A stretch of DNA of 64,000 bases from a virus (Duplodnaviria; Caudoviricetes), in the IMG/VR virus record IMGVR_UViG_3300020371_000002; one strand, 5' to 3'. Positions 36,864 to 48,372 of this stretch are shown here, one piece after another (the first letter of the stretch is position 1; the number at the start of each line of letters is the position of its first letter). The notes under the pieces were generated by a model, which had not been told where the DNA came from, ran no database searches, and worked only from the letters and a program-made list of their open reading frames with translations. The position numbers were made by a program, and so were the translations under genes.

Positions 36864-39800
36864 TTAATATGGAGGGTTGTCATCTGCAGTGACGAACGAG
36901 TTAGAAACTCGAATCACTGAAGAGTTCATCCTGTTTACATCGTAGTAGAAATTTTGATCTACAACACTATTTACCTCAGCACTTCTGGAAGATACAAATG
37001 TACCGTCTCCAATAAAGTTAATTCTGATATATTCATCATCTAAACGAATAATATCTCCAATGGAAACCGATCCAATACCAGAAGTAATCGTTACCTGCTG
37101 AGAACTTGCATTGATTCCTGAACCAGTAGTGACAGATAGTTTCTTGTTACGAAGAGGACTCTGTACAATACCATCAACAAGGATCAGAGCATTTTCATTT
37201 GGATTTTCATATCTCAATGTATGTATTCCAGTTCCAAGAGACTTCATGTCAAAGATGACAGAAGTTGATAATCCAGAGAATCTAAATTTAACATCATCAA
37301 GTTTTTGAATGAATACTTCATCTGGCATTACATTCGAACCCAACTCAGTTGGAGAAAGGAATAAGTTATCTGTAGGTGTAGAACCACCGATATAAGTTCC
37401 TGCAATAGAAATTGTGTTGGTTGCCGCATATCCAGAACCTCCACTCAGAACTCTAACTGCACTAACATCCAAATTAACATCTCTTTCTACTTCAAAGATT
37501 GCACCAGATCCAGCACCATCATTAGTTCCTTCTAAGTTGGTATAAACTGTTTGGATGCCAACTCTTGTACCAGAAATCTTAGTAACGGGGAATGTCAAAT
37601 CATTTGCTGGACTTGCACCACCAAGATGAGTACCTGCAATACTTACATTATCACCAACATAATACCCAGAACCACCTTCTCTCAATACTACATTAGTAGA
37701 AATTGGTTGACCTGTTCCAGTGTCATATGTAATCATAACTGTAAATGATGCACCAGTACCCCTGGTGGAAATGCCTGGGAAACCAGTTCCAAATCCAAAC
37801 ATTTTAGCACCTACAATTGGATTAGCAACTGTAGAAACACCTGTTACTGGTCCACCAACTTCAAAGTTAATTCCATTTTCAAACATGGAACTTCCACCAG
37901 CACCAGACACTCCCATAAGGATATGTCTTTCACTAGTAGTGTAAGAAGTTGTAGCAACACCAATTGGAGTTCCACCACCCCTATCAATGATTACTTTCTG
38001 ACCACTCTGGAAGTTGTGGTTTTGAATAGAAATTGAATTATTAGTAAGATCAACTACTGCAGAACTTGAAGAATCAAATTGTTTCTTGAATAGAGGGACA
38101 CCTCCCGTTCTAAGTGGGAAATTGGTCTTACCAATCAAATTGCCCGATCTATCCAGACTTCCATCGAATCCGTCACTGATATCATCAATCTTAAGAACTT
38201 TATTAGTCTTGTTTAAGATATAACTCTTAAGTGGTCTACCTTCTGGGAAGAAGACTCTTTGAACGGCACCATCTTCTAATGGATCATCTTCAGTAACCAT
38301 TGCAAAGTTACTCTTAGATCCCAAATAAGCCTCATTATCAATATTAATTAAAAGATCAAGTTTTGGTTCTACAGTTTTAACTTTCATGTTTGTGGACTTA
38401 GCGAGTCCAACAGAAACATAGTTATTTGCAATTGCATCCTTCTTAGGATCACCCACAATCTCCAAATCAGAGAATTCTCGGAATCCCGATGGGTGAACAA
38501 TAGATCTTACAGATTCTCTCCATTTGGAGTAAGAAATCTTACTCTTAATGGAGTATGAGAACTTCTGATAATAGAAGTTATCAGAAACTCTCTGCAGATA
38601 ATCATTGAGAATACCGACAGATTGATCAACTTCGCCAACTTTTTCTCTAGAAAGTCCAAGTGAAGTTCTAATATTAAATCTGTTTACATCCTCAACTTTA
38701 CCAGCGAGTTTAGATCTTTCACCATAAAGGGTATCACCAACTCTAAGTTCACCTTGACTATTAGTTAGTCTCAATTGATTAAGTTCTACATCCCAACCAT
38801 TTTCAACAACGACTGCTTCAAACTTATCGGAAGTAACTTTCTCACCAGAGAAGAATTTAGCATCATCAACAAGTCTCATTTGGAACTTGGCGAGATCCTT
38901 AGCATTGTGAATATAACCTAAGGTAAAATCATCGTCATAACTACCAAGTGTTCCTGTTGCAATACCAGCAAGACTGTAAGTAACTCTAAAGTTTATTTCA
39001 TCAACTGCAGTAACATCAAATTGTCTATAACCATAGTTTTCCGAGTTAAAGTTTAACTCCCCAGCTGCACGAGAAGCTGGTTTTAATCTGCAACCTTCAA
39101 CATAAACTTTATCACCAACTTTGAATGGGAAGTCGATATTAGTAGATCCATAACCAGTTGTAATTGGTTTATAGAACTGTTGATCAAGTAAAAGTTCTAC
39201 TGTTACATCAGAACCACTATGAGTTATTTGGTCAATATCATATCCATTAGTATTTCTAGTGGGAACGATAGTTAAAGGAGCATCAAATTCAAATGCATTA
39301 GTAAGAACTTCAACTCCGACAACAGAACCACCTTGAACTACTGCCTGAAGATCAATATTATCATTACCAATGACTTTTAATTTTGGTGCTTGGTGATAGT
39401 TCACACCACCATCCGTAACCAAAACATCTCTAATTCTAGCAATACCACTGATATCACAGACAGTAGGTACACTTAAGAATGGCAAGAGTGTAGGATCCGT
39501 TGGATAATCAAATCCATCCTTGATTCTCTCAGTAGTTTCAATCTTACCAATCTTATCAGAATTAATCTTAATTACTGCATCTCTGCCCTGTAAGGTATCA
39601 AAACCAATAACTCTTGGAAGTTTATTATATCCTTTGCCTTCAAAATTAATCTTTGTTCTAGCAATAGGACCAAGTGCGTCCAAAGAATCTGTTTCATAGA
39701 AAACAGTCGTCAATCCAGATGTGGTTGTAAACAGTTCAGCACTAGTTGGTTGTTTTGTGAGATTGAATGAGAAGTTTTTATCGTCAGAAACGAGAACTTC

Positions 39801-42800
39801 ATGTGTATCTTCAAGAAGACTAGATTCAACTGTAATCGAATTGAATCCTCTAACCGTATTATCAACAGAGAGTTGATTCTTTCTTTGATCTGTAGGAACA
39901 ATAGGAGTTAGTGTATAGAATGATTTTTTAGGGAATCCAGCAAGAGTTCTAATTTGAACATTTGCACCAACTTGGCCAGGAATACCATCACGAATCAAAT
40001 TGAATGATCCAGAAGTACCGTTAACATCAAGTTTCTTTCTAAACTGAAGGTCCTCAAAAATGTCCAGTCTCATATCAGCAAGACCAGCATCAGAAACATC
40101 AATTTTCAGAATGTTACCTTTACTTACAGTAATTGGTGGATTAACTTTTGCCAGATCATATGCACCCGCAGCAACAGAAGTAATTGCAACTCCAACACCA
40201 TTCTTCACATCGGCAAGATCTTTACAGAGTTTAATTCTTTGAGAACTTTCTCTGAGAACGAAATAAACTTCATTATTGTTAAGTTCATTAACTGTGTTGC
40301 CATTATTATAATAAACAACTTTATCACCAGACTTAAATGATAAATCAGTAAATTCAAAACTACTATCAGAAGCATCGAAAGTTGTACTGGACCAAGAAAC
40401 TTTATTGGTAGTAATTTTTCTCAGTACAGGATCATATAGAATTTTTACACTTTCCTCTACAAACGGAACCGCTTGAATAGAAATTTTATCACCACTACTC
40501 AAACCATGAGAAGAACCAGTAGAAACTTGACCTCGGAAAGTTTGAACTGTACCAGTTACAAGTTGATTTGTTGTTGTAAACGAATGTGCCAATCCAATTG
40601 GATCAGCAATCGTATACCAATAAACAGCATCACCTACTGTTGGGAATCCTACTGTAGAAATACCAAGATAATCTGGACCAAAGTTAATAGCATAAACATC
40701 TCCACCATCTACAAGGTTCTCAGTACCAATACCACTGGTAGATCCCGCAGAAGTTTTGACCCAAGTTAATGATGTTCCGCCAACACCAACACGGTAATTA
40801 ATCTTCTGTCCCGTAGTAAATGGATGATTCTTAATATAAATCGATCTCTCAGGAATAACTCTGGTGAACTTAGTTTCAGTAGTAACTGTTCCAATTCCAG
40901 TAGATGTCAAATAGTGAATAGAACCTGTGCTTCCCACACCAACTGCGTATGTTGGATCAAAGAACAATGTTCTATTATCAAAACCAAGGAAATTAGAACC
41001 CTTTTCAATATCATAAGTGAATCTAGTAGGTTTCAGTTCAACTGAAGAACCAGATTTATGAGTTTCAGCAAGTCCTACTTGTCTATTAACTCCCAACCTA
41101 GAGAATTCACTATCAATAGAAGTGACTCTCATAAGTTCTGTACCAATGCCAATGATATCGTTAACTTCAAATCCACCAACATCGGTAACGGGAACGAAAG
41201 TAGAAATACCAGTTGCACTCAATTGATCTAAGAACTGAGTAAGAGCAACTTTTCTGTTTACAACTGATACTCTATAAGCACCTTCAATGTCCGAAAGAAC
41301 TGCTGTAGACACTCCACTAGTAATAATGGTTTCTCCATTAACTAATTCATGAGGATCACTCGTTCTTCCATGAATAATGTTATTGACAGGTCGGAGAACT
41401 ACATTAGTGAAAGTCGAAACACCTACGGAAATTTCCGAAACATTTTTACCAAGAACATGTGATACAACAATATTGGTTCCTGTTCCATTTGTTCCAGCAT
41501 TGTCAAGATTCAATCTATCTCCAACTCTATAATCTTCACCTGGTGAGAAGATAGTAGTAGAAGTAATACCAGAAGTTTGAATTTGAGTGACTTTAAATTC
41601 CTGTTTAAACGAAGAATCTACCTTATCAATCAAATCATAAATTGAATTCTCAACATTGGTATAGTATGGACCAATATTTCTAGTAATTTTAAGTTCAGCA
41701 AGATTTTTATCTTGATTAAAGTCTGCAGCGAAATTCTCTACAATTGGAGTGTCTTTAAAGTATCTTCCAATAGTATATGGATATTTGGGTTCAGCAACGC
41801 CACTAGAATCAACGTCAATTGCATAAAAATATGCATATGTTCCATCGGGGAACTGTGGTGTTACACAATACCTGCCACCGAACTCGTCAAGGTCGCCAGA
41901 CCCGTTGTATTCGTAATCATCAGTAAAGTATCCAGGAGTATACCCAGGAGGTCTTAGGCCTACCTTAGGCGCGGTATTAAGGATATAACTACTCCTAAGT
42001 CTCTGTACAGGTCCACCAGTAGCTCCAGAGAATCCATAAGGTCCGTAAATTGGATTACCATCATAGGCATATCCAAGGATAGGAGAGTGTTGTGGATTAT
42101 TAGTAAGTTCCAGGTTACCAGAATCAATATTGTCGCCAACCTGGAATCTCAGTCTATTTGCAGGATAGATGTTAATAAACTGTAGACCAAGTTCCCTGTT
42201 GGTATTTGGTTTCGTCAATGCAGCGTCAAGAGTATTAATTAAGTTTCTACTCTTAACTTCCTGATTAATTTTCCACTCATGAACATTAGCAATAAACTTG
42301 GCATCTCTACCACGATTCTGTAGAACCATAGTAGTATTTGCTGGGTTATAATTAACCCCACCATCAGTGATTCTTACACCAGTAATACTGCCATTTGTTT
42401 CATCAATAATTGGACTGATATTTGCAAAGTCACCGTCACCATAAACAACAATATCAGAATCTTTTCTATAACCTCTACCAGAAGCAAGAATTTGAACGTC
42501 AACGATTGACCCCTCAACCAGAATAGGTTTGAGTAGTGCTTCAAACGTAACAGTTGCAATACCTACATTTGGTCTTCTATGGAAGTTTAGAATATTTGTA
42601 CAACCATAACCTGCACCACCTTGTTCCAGATATACACTTTCAATACTTCCAAGGACAAGGGGTTCCAGTGTTGGATTTGTAATTGCAGTTGAACCAATAC
42701 CAGAAAGAGTCTCTACCTTAATTTCAATAGGTGGATACTTAATTGTATGAGTGCCTGCACCTACACCAGAAATCCTAGCAAACTTACCTGCTTTAAAATC

Positions 42801-45800
42801 ACTATCATCTCTAGTTGTACCAATACCAGCATCAGTTAACTTAAATCTTGCACTATCAAGTCTAGTTACAAAATATTCAGTTGTAGTTGATAGACCTTGT
42901 GCAGCAGTTGATGAGAATTCATATCTTACAATTTCACCAGTTCTAAATGCATGGTTAGGTGCATAGAAGTAATCATCAGATGTACTAATACCAGTTTGAA
43001 TATCACCCTCAGTTGGTCTAGCAGGAACTCTGATTCTTTTGTTAGAGTATCCTTCACCAGGGTTCTTAACGTAAATCCTAGTAATAGTGTTTTTACCTTT
43101 CAGAGTTTTGAAAGAATGGAAACCATTACTTACCGATCCGATATTTACCGTATTAATACCAGAAACAGCATCAGATCTGCTAGAGTGTAAGGAGATAGTT
43201 TTGTTATCAACAGGTCTCGCAAAGTACGAAGATTTATCTACAATACCACCAACAGCAACGTTATTATTGGATTCATAAATGACTTCTTCACCAAGTTCAA
43301 AGTTGTGCGGATCTGGAAAATCAATAGTATCGGAAGCAACATTAACTCCATTACCATCAGCTTTAAAAGAGGATACAATTCTTCCTTTAACAAAGTTGGA
43401 TTCGAGAACTGCACCTACACCATTACCACCCGATACAGTAATCTTTGGTTTTTCTTGATAACCAATACCAGGACTGATTAACTTAACTTCTTTAAATGAT
43501 CCAGTAACATTTGCAAATGCAATAGCTCCACTACCAGCTTGATCTTGAATAACTAGTGGAGGTCCATTAATTACATCAAAATCTTTACCAGCATTAGTTA
43601 CTTCAATAGAATCAATTTGACCGAAGAAAATTTCCTCATCAAAAACTGATGCTGGATACAATTCAACACCATTAACAAGAATACCTACAGCTTTGTTATC
43701 TGTTTTTCTCTGAGAGGGATCATCGAAGAAATTTTCCTGTTTATAGTATGGGAACTTTCTTAATAATTTCTGGTTCTTTGCATTCTGATCTTCCCAACCA
43801 CTCTTATAAACATATTGACCTGGAAGATCTCTAGAAACATCAATATACTGTCCAGCAAATACGTCAGACGCACTATAAGAAAGTTGGAAGTCAAAGTCAT
43901 TGATATTAGTTACAAAATAAACACCAGTAGCTAATCCACTGTTGTAACTATTGTTCCAATAAATCTTATCTCCAGTAACAAAGTTATGTCTAAACGGTGT
44001 GGTTGGACTTAATGGGTCTACCGATTTAATAACATTTGTAGTTCCACCAGTTGTGCCTGCTTGTGGTGGATCGGTTTTAATGAATACTTTATTGTCAGTA
44101 GCAAAGATTGGATAGTTTGGAACACCACCAGATGTAACGTAGAAACTTTGTTCATCATTATCAAGATAACTATTCTGAATACCTACAGGTACGTTTTCTA
44201 AACCTGGGAAGTAATTGGCATTGTGAGATGCCTTAACGATGATCTTCTCAACTCTATCAATGTTGGAAGGAACAACACCACTGGTCTGAACAATAATCTT
44301 GTTAGAGGATCTATCAGTTTCTGTACCAGTTGAATATTCAATATCCTTAATCTGAGCTCTTACCTTTTCATTCCTAGAATTAATCAAAAATAGTTCTTCG
44401 TCAATAAAGAACACGACAGAATCAAACAGTTCAACTCTAAATGTGTTAATGTTTTGCTGTGTGAGATTCTTAATGACGTGTTTCGTCGGAATATTATAAA
44501 TCCAAGGTTCAAACTTAGGATCATCACCAAGATCAAATCCAAAAGATGAAAGATTTAAAGTATCATCAATTCGAATATTAGATGTATCTGTAAAGTCAAC
44601 ATTATTGATAACATTAACGAATCTGAACTGAACTAGAGAAGTCTGTCCCAATCCAGCGTAGGCATACGCCAATTTGTCCTCAGAAACGTCTGCACCGAAC
44701 AAAAGGTTAGTTGTGATACCTGTGACACCTAAAAACTGATTACTAGTCTTATCGGCGTACTCAACAGTGATGAAATCTGAAATTGGTGTTGGTTTCAGAA
44801 GCAAACTACCAGTTCTACCAAATCCAATTGTAGAATCAACCAGAATATTATCAGCACCAGCAGTAACAGCTTCTAAAACTTTAGTTTTACCTGGAACTGA
44901 GAAAGTACCACTGAAAGAACCCGAATCAAGGGAAATTTCATAAAAATCTTTGTCATTAATAGGTCGGTATTCAATATTATAGATTGAAGCGCTAACAGTA
45001 CCGACTCCAACAATGTCTTGGTTTAAAAAATTACCTTTAGTCTCAATAGCGTCTCCGCCAAAGAGTTTTTCGACCAAAACATTACGAGTTTTGAAATAAT
45101 TGTTTGAAGAGGGGACTAAAGTGTATTCGGAAGGTTTAATAATCTCAATATCTTCACCATAAAGCAATTTGAACATTACTTTATAGGAAGTATCCGTTCC
45201 TTTAGCACTATAAAAGTCTTTTGCTCTTGTTAGAATAGTAGAAAGGTTTACACCTTCCGTAAAAGATCTATTTTCGAATCCTGGCAAGAATTCAGACTTA
45301 AATTTAGTAAAAAACTCTTGTAAAAAGAGATTACTTAAATTAAAGACGTATTTTGGATCAGTAACACTACCAACAGTGTGGTCATCAGCATCAGTGAGAG
45401 AAAATTGTAAAAATTCCGATTGAATGTCTTGTTGGATTTGGTCAATTCCAGAAAATCCTCTAAAACACTCCTCAAAAGAGTTGAGAATGATTGCAATAGG
45501 AATTTGTCCACCTACGCCAAGTGATTTTTGACTTGCATAGATGAATTTATCACCAACCGCACCAACAGTAGTGCCTGCAGGGAAATATGTACCTGCAGAA
45601 ATAGACATACCAACTTCAATATTGCTGGTATCTTCCATTTCGATAATATTCGACTGATTTGCGAAATTACCGACTCGTGTAGCAACTACTTTGTTCTCAA
45701 TTCTCTTTTTATAGACAATAATCTCATTATCAATCTTCAGGAGACCAAATTTATCAGGCCAACCTGCAGTAGATAGTACCTTAATAGATGTTTGACCAGA

Positions 45801-46043
45801 AGTGATCGTTTCCGTAAGTGCAGTATAGGGAATTAACGACTCCCTATTAAAAGCTGGGATCTGTCTATACTTTGGAAGGTTTACGGCAAGGTCTACCGTA
45901 CCAGATTGGTGTTCTACCGACGCATAATAACTTTCCAGAAACTCTTTGAAGAAAGGAGACTCTTCATTGAGAAATTCTGGAATCTGAGACTCAACAATAT
46001 TGCTAAATTTGACTCTCTTGATCTCGGATTTAGATTGACTCAT
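36864..46043 (-). CDS. gp7: Baseplate wedge initiator gp7, 3059 aa
   Basis: Follows gp6; IVESQIPEF...F..FLESYY; KDFY.AKGT..SYKVMFKLLYG; HSPILGYAYDGNPIYGPYG; YQKFSYSIKS...W...V...VHPSGF. Confidence 0.8.
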   Translation of the reverse strand: MSQSKSEIKRVKFSNIVESQIPEFLNEESPFFKEFLESYYASVEHQSGTVDLAVNLPKYRQIPAFNRESLIPYTALTETITSGQTSIKVLSTAGWPDKFGLLKIDNEIIVYKKRIENKVVATRVGNFANQSNIIEMEDTSNIEVGMSISAGTYFPAGTTVGAVGDKFIYASQKSLGVGGQIPIAIILNSFEECFRGFSGIDQIQQDIQSEFLQFSLTDADDHTVGSVTDPKYVFNLSNLFLQEFFTKFKSEFLPGFENRSFTEGVNLSTILTRAKDFYSAKGTDTSYKVMFKLLYGEDIEIIKPSEYTLVPSSNNYFKTRNVLVEKLFGGDAIETKGNFLNQDIVGVGTVSASIYNIEYRPINDKDFYEISLDSGSFSGTFSVPGKTKVLEAVTAGADNILVDSTIGFGRTGSLLLKPTPISDFITVEYADKTSNQFLGVTGITTNLLFGADVSEDKLAYAYAGLGQTSLVQFRFVNVINNVDFTDTSNIRIDDTLNLSSFGFDLGDDPKFEPWIYNIPTKHVIKNLTQQNINTFRVELFDSVVFFIDEELFLINSRNEKVRAQIKDIEYSTGTETDRSSNKIIVQTSGVVPSNIDRVEKIIVKASHNANYFPGLENVPVGIQNSYLDNDEQSFYVTSGGVPNYPIFATDNKVFIKTDPPQAGTTGGTTNVIKSVDPLSPTTPFRHNFVTGDKIYWNNSYNSGLATGVYFVTNINDFDFQLSYSASDVFAGQYIDVSRDLPGQYVYKSGWEDQNAKNQKLLRKFPYYKQENFFDDPSQRKTDNKAVGILVNGVELYPASVFDEEIFFGQIDSIEVTNAGKDFDVINGPPLVIQDQAGSGAIAFANVTGSFKEVKLISPGIGYQEKPKITVSGGNGVGAVLESNFVKGRIVSSFKADGNGVNVASDTIDFPDPHNFELGEEVIYESNNNVAVGGIVDKSSYFARPVDNKTISLHSSRSDAVSGINTVNIGSVSNGFHSFKTLKGKNTITRIYVKNPGEGYSNKRIRVPARPTEGDIQTGISTSDDYFYAPNHAFRTGEIVRYEFSSTAAQGLSTTTEYFVTRLDSARFKLTDAGIGTTRDDSDFKAGKFARISGVGAGTHTIKYPPIEIKVETLSGIGSTAITNPTLEPLVLGSIESVYLEQGGAGYGCTNILNFHRRPNVGIATVTFEALLKPILVEGSIVDVQILASGRGYRKDSDIVVYGDGDFANISPIIDETNGSITGVRITDGGVNYNPANTTMVLQNRGRDAKFIANVHEWKINQEVKSRNLINTLDAALTKPNTNRELGLQFINIYPANRLRFQVGDNIDSGNLELTNNPQHSPILGYAYDGNPIYGPYGFSGATGGPVQRLRSSYILNTAPKVGLRPPGYTPGYFTDDYEYNGSGDLDEFGGRYCVTPQFPDGTYAYFYAIDVDSSGVAEPKYPYTIGRYFKDTPIVENFAADFNQDKNLAELKITRNIGPYYTNVENSIYDLIDKVDSSFKQEFKVTQIQTSGITSTTIFSPGEDYRVGDRLNLDNAGTNGTGTNIVVSHVLGKNVSEISVGVSTFTNVVLRPVNNIIHGRTSDPHELVNGETIITSGVSTAVLSDIEGAYRVSVVNRKVALTQFLDQLSATGISTFVPVTDVGGFEVNDIIGIGTELMRVTSIDSEFSRLGVNRQVGLAETHKSGSSVELKPTRFTYDIEKGSNFLGFDNRTLFFDPTYAVGVGSTGSIHYLTSTGIGTVTTETKFTRVIPERSIYIKNHPFTTGQKINYRVGVGGTSLTWVKTSAGSTSGIGTENLVDGGDVYAINFGPDYLGISTVGFPTVGDAVYWYTIADPIGLAHSFTTTNQLVTGTVQTFRGQVSTGSSHGLSSGDKISIQAVPFVEESVKILYDPVLRKITTNKVSWSSTTFDASDSSFEFTDLSFKSGDKVVYYNNGNTVNELNNNEVYFVLRESSQRIKLCKDLADVKNGVGVAITSVAAGAYDLAKVNPPITVSKGNILKIDVSDAGLADMRLDIFEDLQFRKKLDVNGTSGSFNLIRDGIPGQVGANVQIRTLAGFPKKSFYTLTPIVPTDQRKNQLSVDNTVRGFNSITVESSLLEDTHEVLVSDDKNFSFNLTKQPTSAELFTTTSGLTTVFYETDSLDALGPIARTKINFEGKGYNKLPRVIGFDTLQGRDAVIKINSDKIGKIETTERIKDGFDYPTDPTLLPFLSVPTVCDISGIARIRDVLVTDGGVNYHQAPKLKVIGNDNIDLQAVVQGGSVVGVEVLTNAFEFDAPLTIVPTRNTNGYDIDQITHSGSDVTVELLLDQQFYKPITTGYGSTNIDFPFKVGDKVYVEGCRLKPASRAAGELNFNSENYGYRQFDVTAVDEINFRVTYSLAGIATGTLGSYDDDFTLGYIHNAKDLAKFQMRLVDDAKFFSGEKVTSDKFEAVVVENGWDVELNQLRLTNSQGELRVGDTLYGERSKLAGKVEDVNRFNIRTSLGLSREKVGEVDQSVGILNDYLQRVSDNFYYQKFSYSIKSKISYSKWRESVRSIVHPSGFREFSDLEIVGDPKKDAIANNYVSVGLAKSTNMKVKTVEPKLDLLINIDNEAYLGSKSNFAMVTEDDPLEDGAVQRVFFPEGRPLKSYILNKTNKVLKIDDISDGFDGSLDRSGNLIGKTNFPLRTGGVPLFKKQFDSSSSAVVDLTNNSISIQNHNFQSGQKVIIDRGGGTPIGVATTSYTTSERHILMGVSGAGGSSMFENGINFEVGGPVTGVSTVANPIVGAKMFGFGTGFPGISTRGTGASFTVMITYDTGTGQPISTNVVLREGGSGYYVGDNVSIAGTHLGGASPANDLTFPVTKISGTRVGIQTVYTNLEGTNDGAGSGAIFEVERDVNLDVSAVRVLSGGSGYAATNTISIAGTYIGGSTPTDNLFLSPTELGSNVMPDEVFIQKLDDVKFRFSGLSTSVIFDMKSLGTGIHTLRYENPNENALILVDGIVQSPLRNKKLSVTTGSGINASSQQVTITSGIGSVSIGDIIRLDDEYIRINFIGDGTFVSSRSAEVNSVVDQNFYYDVNRMNSSVIRVSNSFVTADDNPPY

Positions 46044-47912
46044 TTATCTGGTATACGATCCGTTTAAGAAGCTGGAAGTTGTAATGTATTGTGTAGCAGA
46101 AGTGTTTTCACCAGAGGTAACAACGTCCTGAATGGTGCTGACTCTACTATTTCCAATATCAACCTGTAAATACAGGTCTTTAAGTGCAATGATATCGTTA
46201 GATTCTGGAACTGCTTCGATTTGAACGAATCCAGAAGCTAAATCAGTACCCGTTATATTTACCACATCTAAAAGAACCTCTCCTTCGTCGTACTTCACAA
46301 TGCCTGCATTGTTTTTGACGATGATTGGAGTGTTATTTTCCAGTTTAAAGAATACTAGTCTTCCTCTAGTCAAAGTTTGTGGAACATCACCAATGTAAAT
46401 GGTTCCAGAAACACCATCAATGTTAAATCCAGAAGATTTGATGCTGTAACCAGTTCTCTTTTGATGGAACTTGTTACCAAAACACAATTCGTAAGTTGCA
46501 AACGTGTTTAATTCAGGAATCAGATCTCTCCTAATACGAACTTTAGTAATATTGGATGTAACCCCCTTATCACTATCATCAATCAATCCAACAACCTTAG
46601 AATATTTAAATCTCCCACCAAAACTGTTAATGTCAGCAGATTTAGCATATGCATTAAGAGTGTTAATCACCTTTGTTCTCAATCCAACAGGATCAGCAAC
46701 AACGTTTGCGTTATAGTAAACAGAAGAATCAACTTCAACATAGAGATATTGAAGATCAACCAATTCTGGTTTGATTCCAGCAATGGAATACTGTTTTAAC
46801 TGTCTCAAAATACCATCTTTTGTAATTTGAGAAAGATAACTACCATTTTTAGGTTTTACTGAAATAAAAACCTTTCCAAATTCAGGAGGATCCAATTCTT
46901 CCCCGCCATATGCGGTCACAGTCTCCACGTTTGAGTAGATTAGGGGAATGATACTCTTATAATCATTAGCAGTGACTGCACGGTACTGGGCTGCGTACAC
47001 ACGAGGCGCCAGATACTTGATAGAGTCAATAGATTCTACAAAATCTCCCCCATTAGAACTGTCATTAGTGGTAATAAGAGAAACACCACTAGTAATTGTT
47101 GCTCCCTGATCGTCTTTTAAGACTCCAGCGAAGGAGAAGTTAGCTGAACCATTACCATCTCTACCATTTGTAACAATATAACTTACATCAATTGTAGAAT
47201 TAGCGGGTGGTTTCTTGCCAAGGATGTTATCACCGAAGAGAATTTCGTATTTTTCGTCTTCAATCTCTTGAACAAGGAATAATTTGGAGGTTGCATCCAC
47301 ATTTAGGATGTTTGAATACTTCTGATAGGTTTCAGAAGTAGTAGAATTCACTCTAACTCGGATAGACTCGACATCAACGTTCGAGTTAGGTACAATATAA
47401 CGCTGATTTGGTAAAGAGTAGTCAACTCCGAATGATTTGGTGAGGTAGATTCCTTCATAAACACTAATTTGATCAAAAATTGCGAGGTTTTGGTCGTTTA
47501 CAGCGACAACAAAGTCCTCGGGAATGGAAAAAACGTAACTTCCACTCTGAACGTTACCCAAAACAACCGTTCCAGCCTTCAATGTAACAGTTCTAGTTTC
47601 ATTTGTACCCAAATCTACCGTAAAACTGATAACAGCTTCTGCAGATCTAGAGGATCTTGGGACATAACCAATGTTTCTTGCAAGTGAAACGACATTTTCA
47701 CGCAAAGTAGCGCTGTCAAGGAACACTTCATTGACTGCCATGTTAGTATTGTAGGCAGTAATGTAAGTATTATACGCAAGAATGTCAATCAGGACCGAAA
47801 AGTTTGATCCATCGAAGTCAAAATCGGAAAAATCCGTGTTAGTTCGAAGGAAATCCTTTACTTGATCCCTAATTCCATTAAAATCTAGGTTTGTAAATTG
47901 ATTAAACGCCAT
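46044..47912 (-). CDS. gp6: Baseplate wedge subunit gp6
   Basis: LDFNGIRDQVKDFLR...DFDFDGSNFSVLIDILAYNT...FLDSATLRENVVSLARNIGYVPRS; RAVTANDY; FGKVFISVKP. Confidence 0.95.
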   Translation of the reverse strand: MAFNQFTNLDFNGIRDQVKDFLRTNTDFSDFDFDGSNFSVLIDILAYNTYITAYNTNMAVNEVFLDSATLRENVVSLARNIGYVPRSSRSAEAVISFTVDLGTNETRTVTLKAGTVVLGNVQSGSYVFSIPEDFVVAVNDQNLAIFDQISVYEGIYLTKSFGVDYSLPNQRYIVPNSNVDVESIRVRVNSTTSETYQKYSNILNVDATSKLFLVQEIEDEKYEILFGDNILGKKPPANSTIDVSYIVTNGRDGNGSANFSFAGVLKDDQGATITSGVSLITTNDSSNGGDFVESIDSIKYLAPRVYAAQYRAVTANDYKSIIPLIYSNVETVTAYGGEELDPPEFGKVFISVKPKNGSYLSQITKDGILRQLKQYSIAGIKPELVDLQYLYVEVDSSVYYNANVVADPVGLRTKVINTLNAYAKSADINSFGGRFKYSKVVGLIDDSDKGVTSNITKVRIRRDLIPELNTFATYELCFGNKFHQKRTGYSIKSSGFNIDGVSGTIYIGDVPQTLTRGRLVFFKLENNTPIIVKNNAGIVKYDEGEVLLDVVNITGTDLASGFVQIEAVPESNDIIALKDLYLQVDIGNSRVSTIQDVVTSGENTSATQYITTSSFLNGSYTR

Positions 47913-48358
47913 TATACTCTAGTTGGCTGGAGGAGGAACTCGATATTTTGAGTGGGAAAGGGTAAACCCACTATGTCATAACGTATATTTACTAACATTT
48001 CATTAGAATCCATAGGATATGACACCAAAACTTCACTAGTTTCAATCCTAGGTTCGTAGTTTTCAAGTAAAACCCTTATTTCTGTCTCAACTGACGCAGC
48101 AATTTCAGGTGTTTGGTTCTCAAACATCTGATTTTCTACGTTTGCACCCAAAATTGGTTGGAAAAAACGTTCGCCCATACGAGTACGAACAAGGTTTACC
48201 ACTGCTCTCTTGATCGCATCCTCATTTTTTAACGGCATAATGTCGTTAGTGACTGGATGGCGACGAAAAGTTAAGCTTATATCCTTAAATGTCCTCGAAA
48301 TTGTAGATCTACCAGCAGTAGTTGTTATTCTCCTACTAGCATCGTAGTCGTTGGGCAT
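47912..48358 (-). CDS. gp25: Baseplate wedge subunit gp25
   Basis: FKDISLTF..HPVTND...NEDAIKRAVVNLV.T..GERFFQP..G...LENYEPRI (GPW/gp25 family). Confidence 0.92.
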   Translation of the reverse strand: MPNDYDASRRITTTAGRSTISRTFKDISLTFRRHPVTNDIMPLKNEDAIKRAVVNLVRTRMGERFFQPILGANVENQMFENQTPEIAASVETEIRVLLENYEPRIETSEVLVSYPMDSNEMLVNIRYDIVGLPFPTQNIEFLLQPTRV

Positions 48359-48372
48359 GGAAATTTCCCTGT

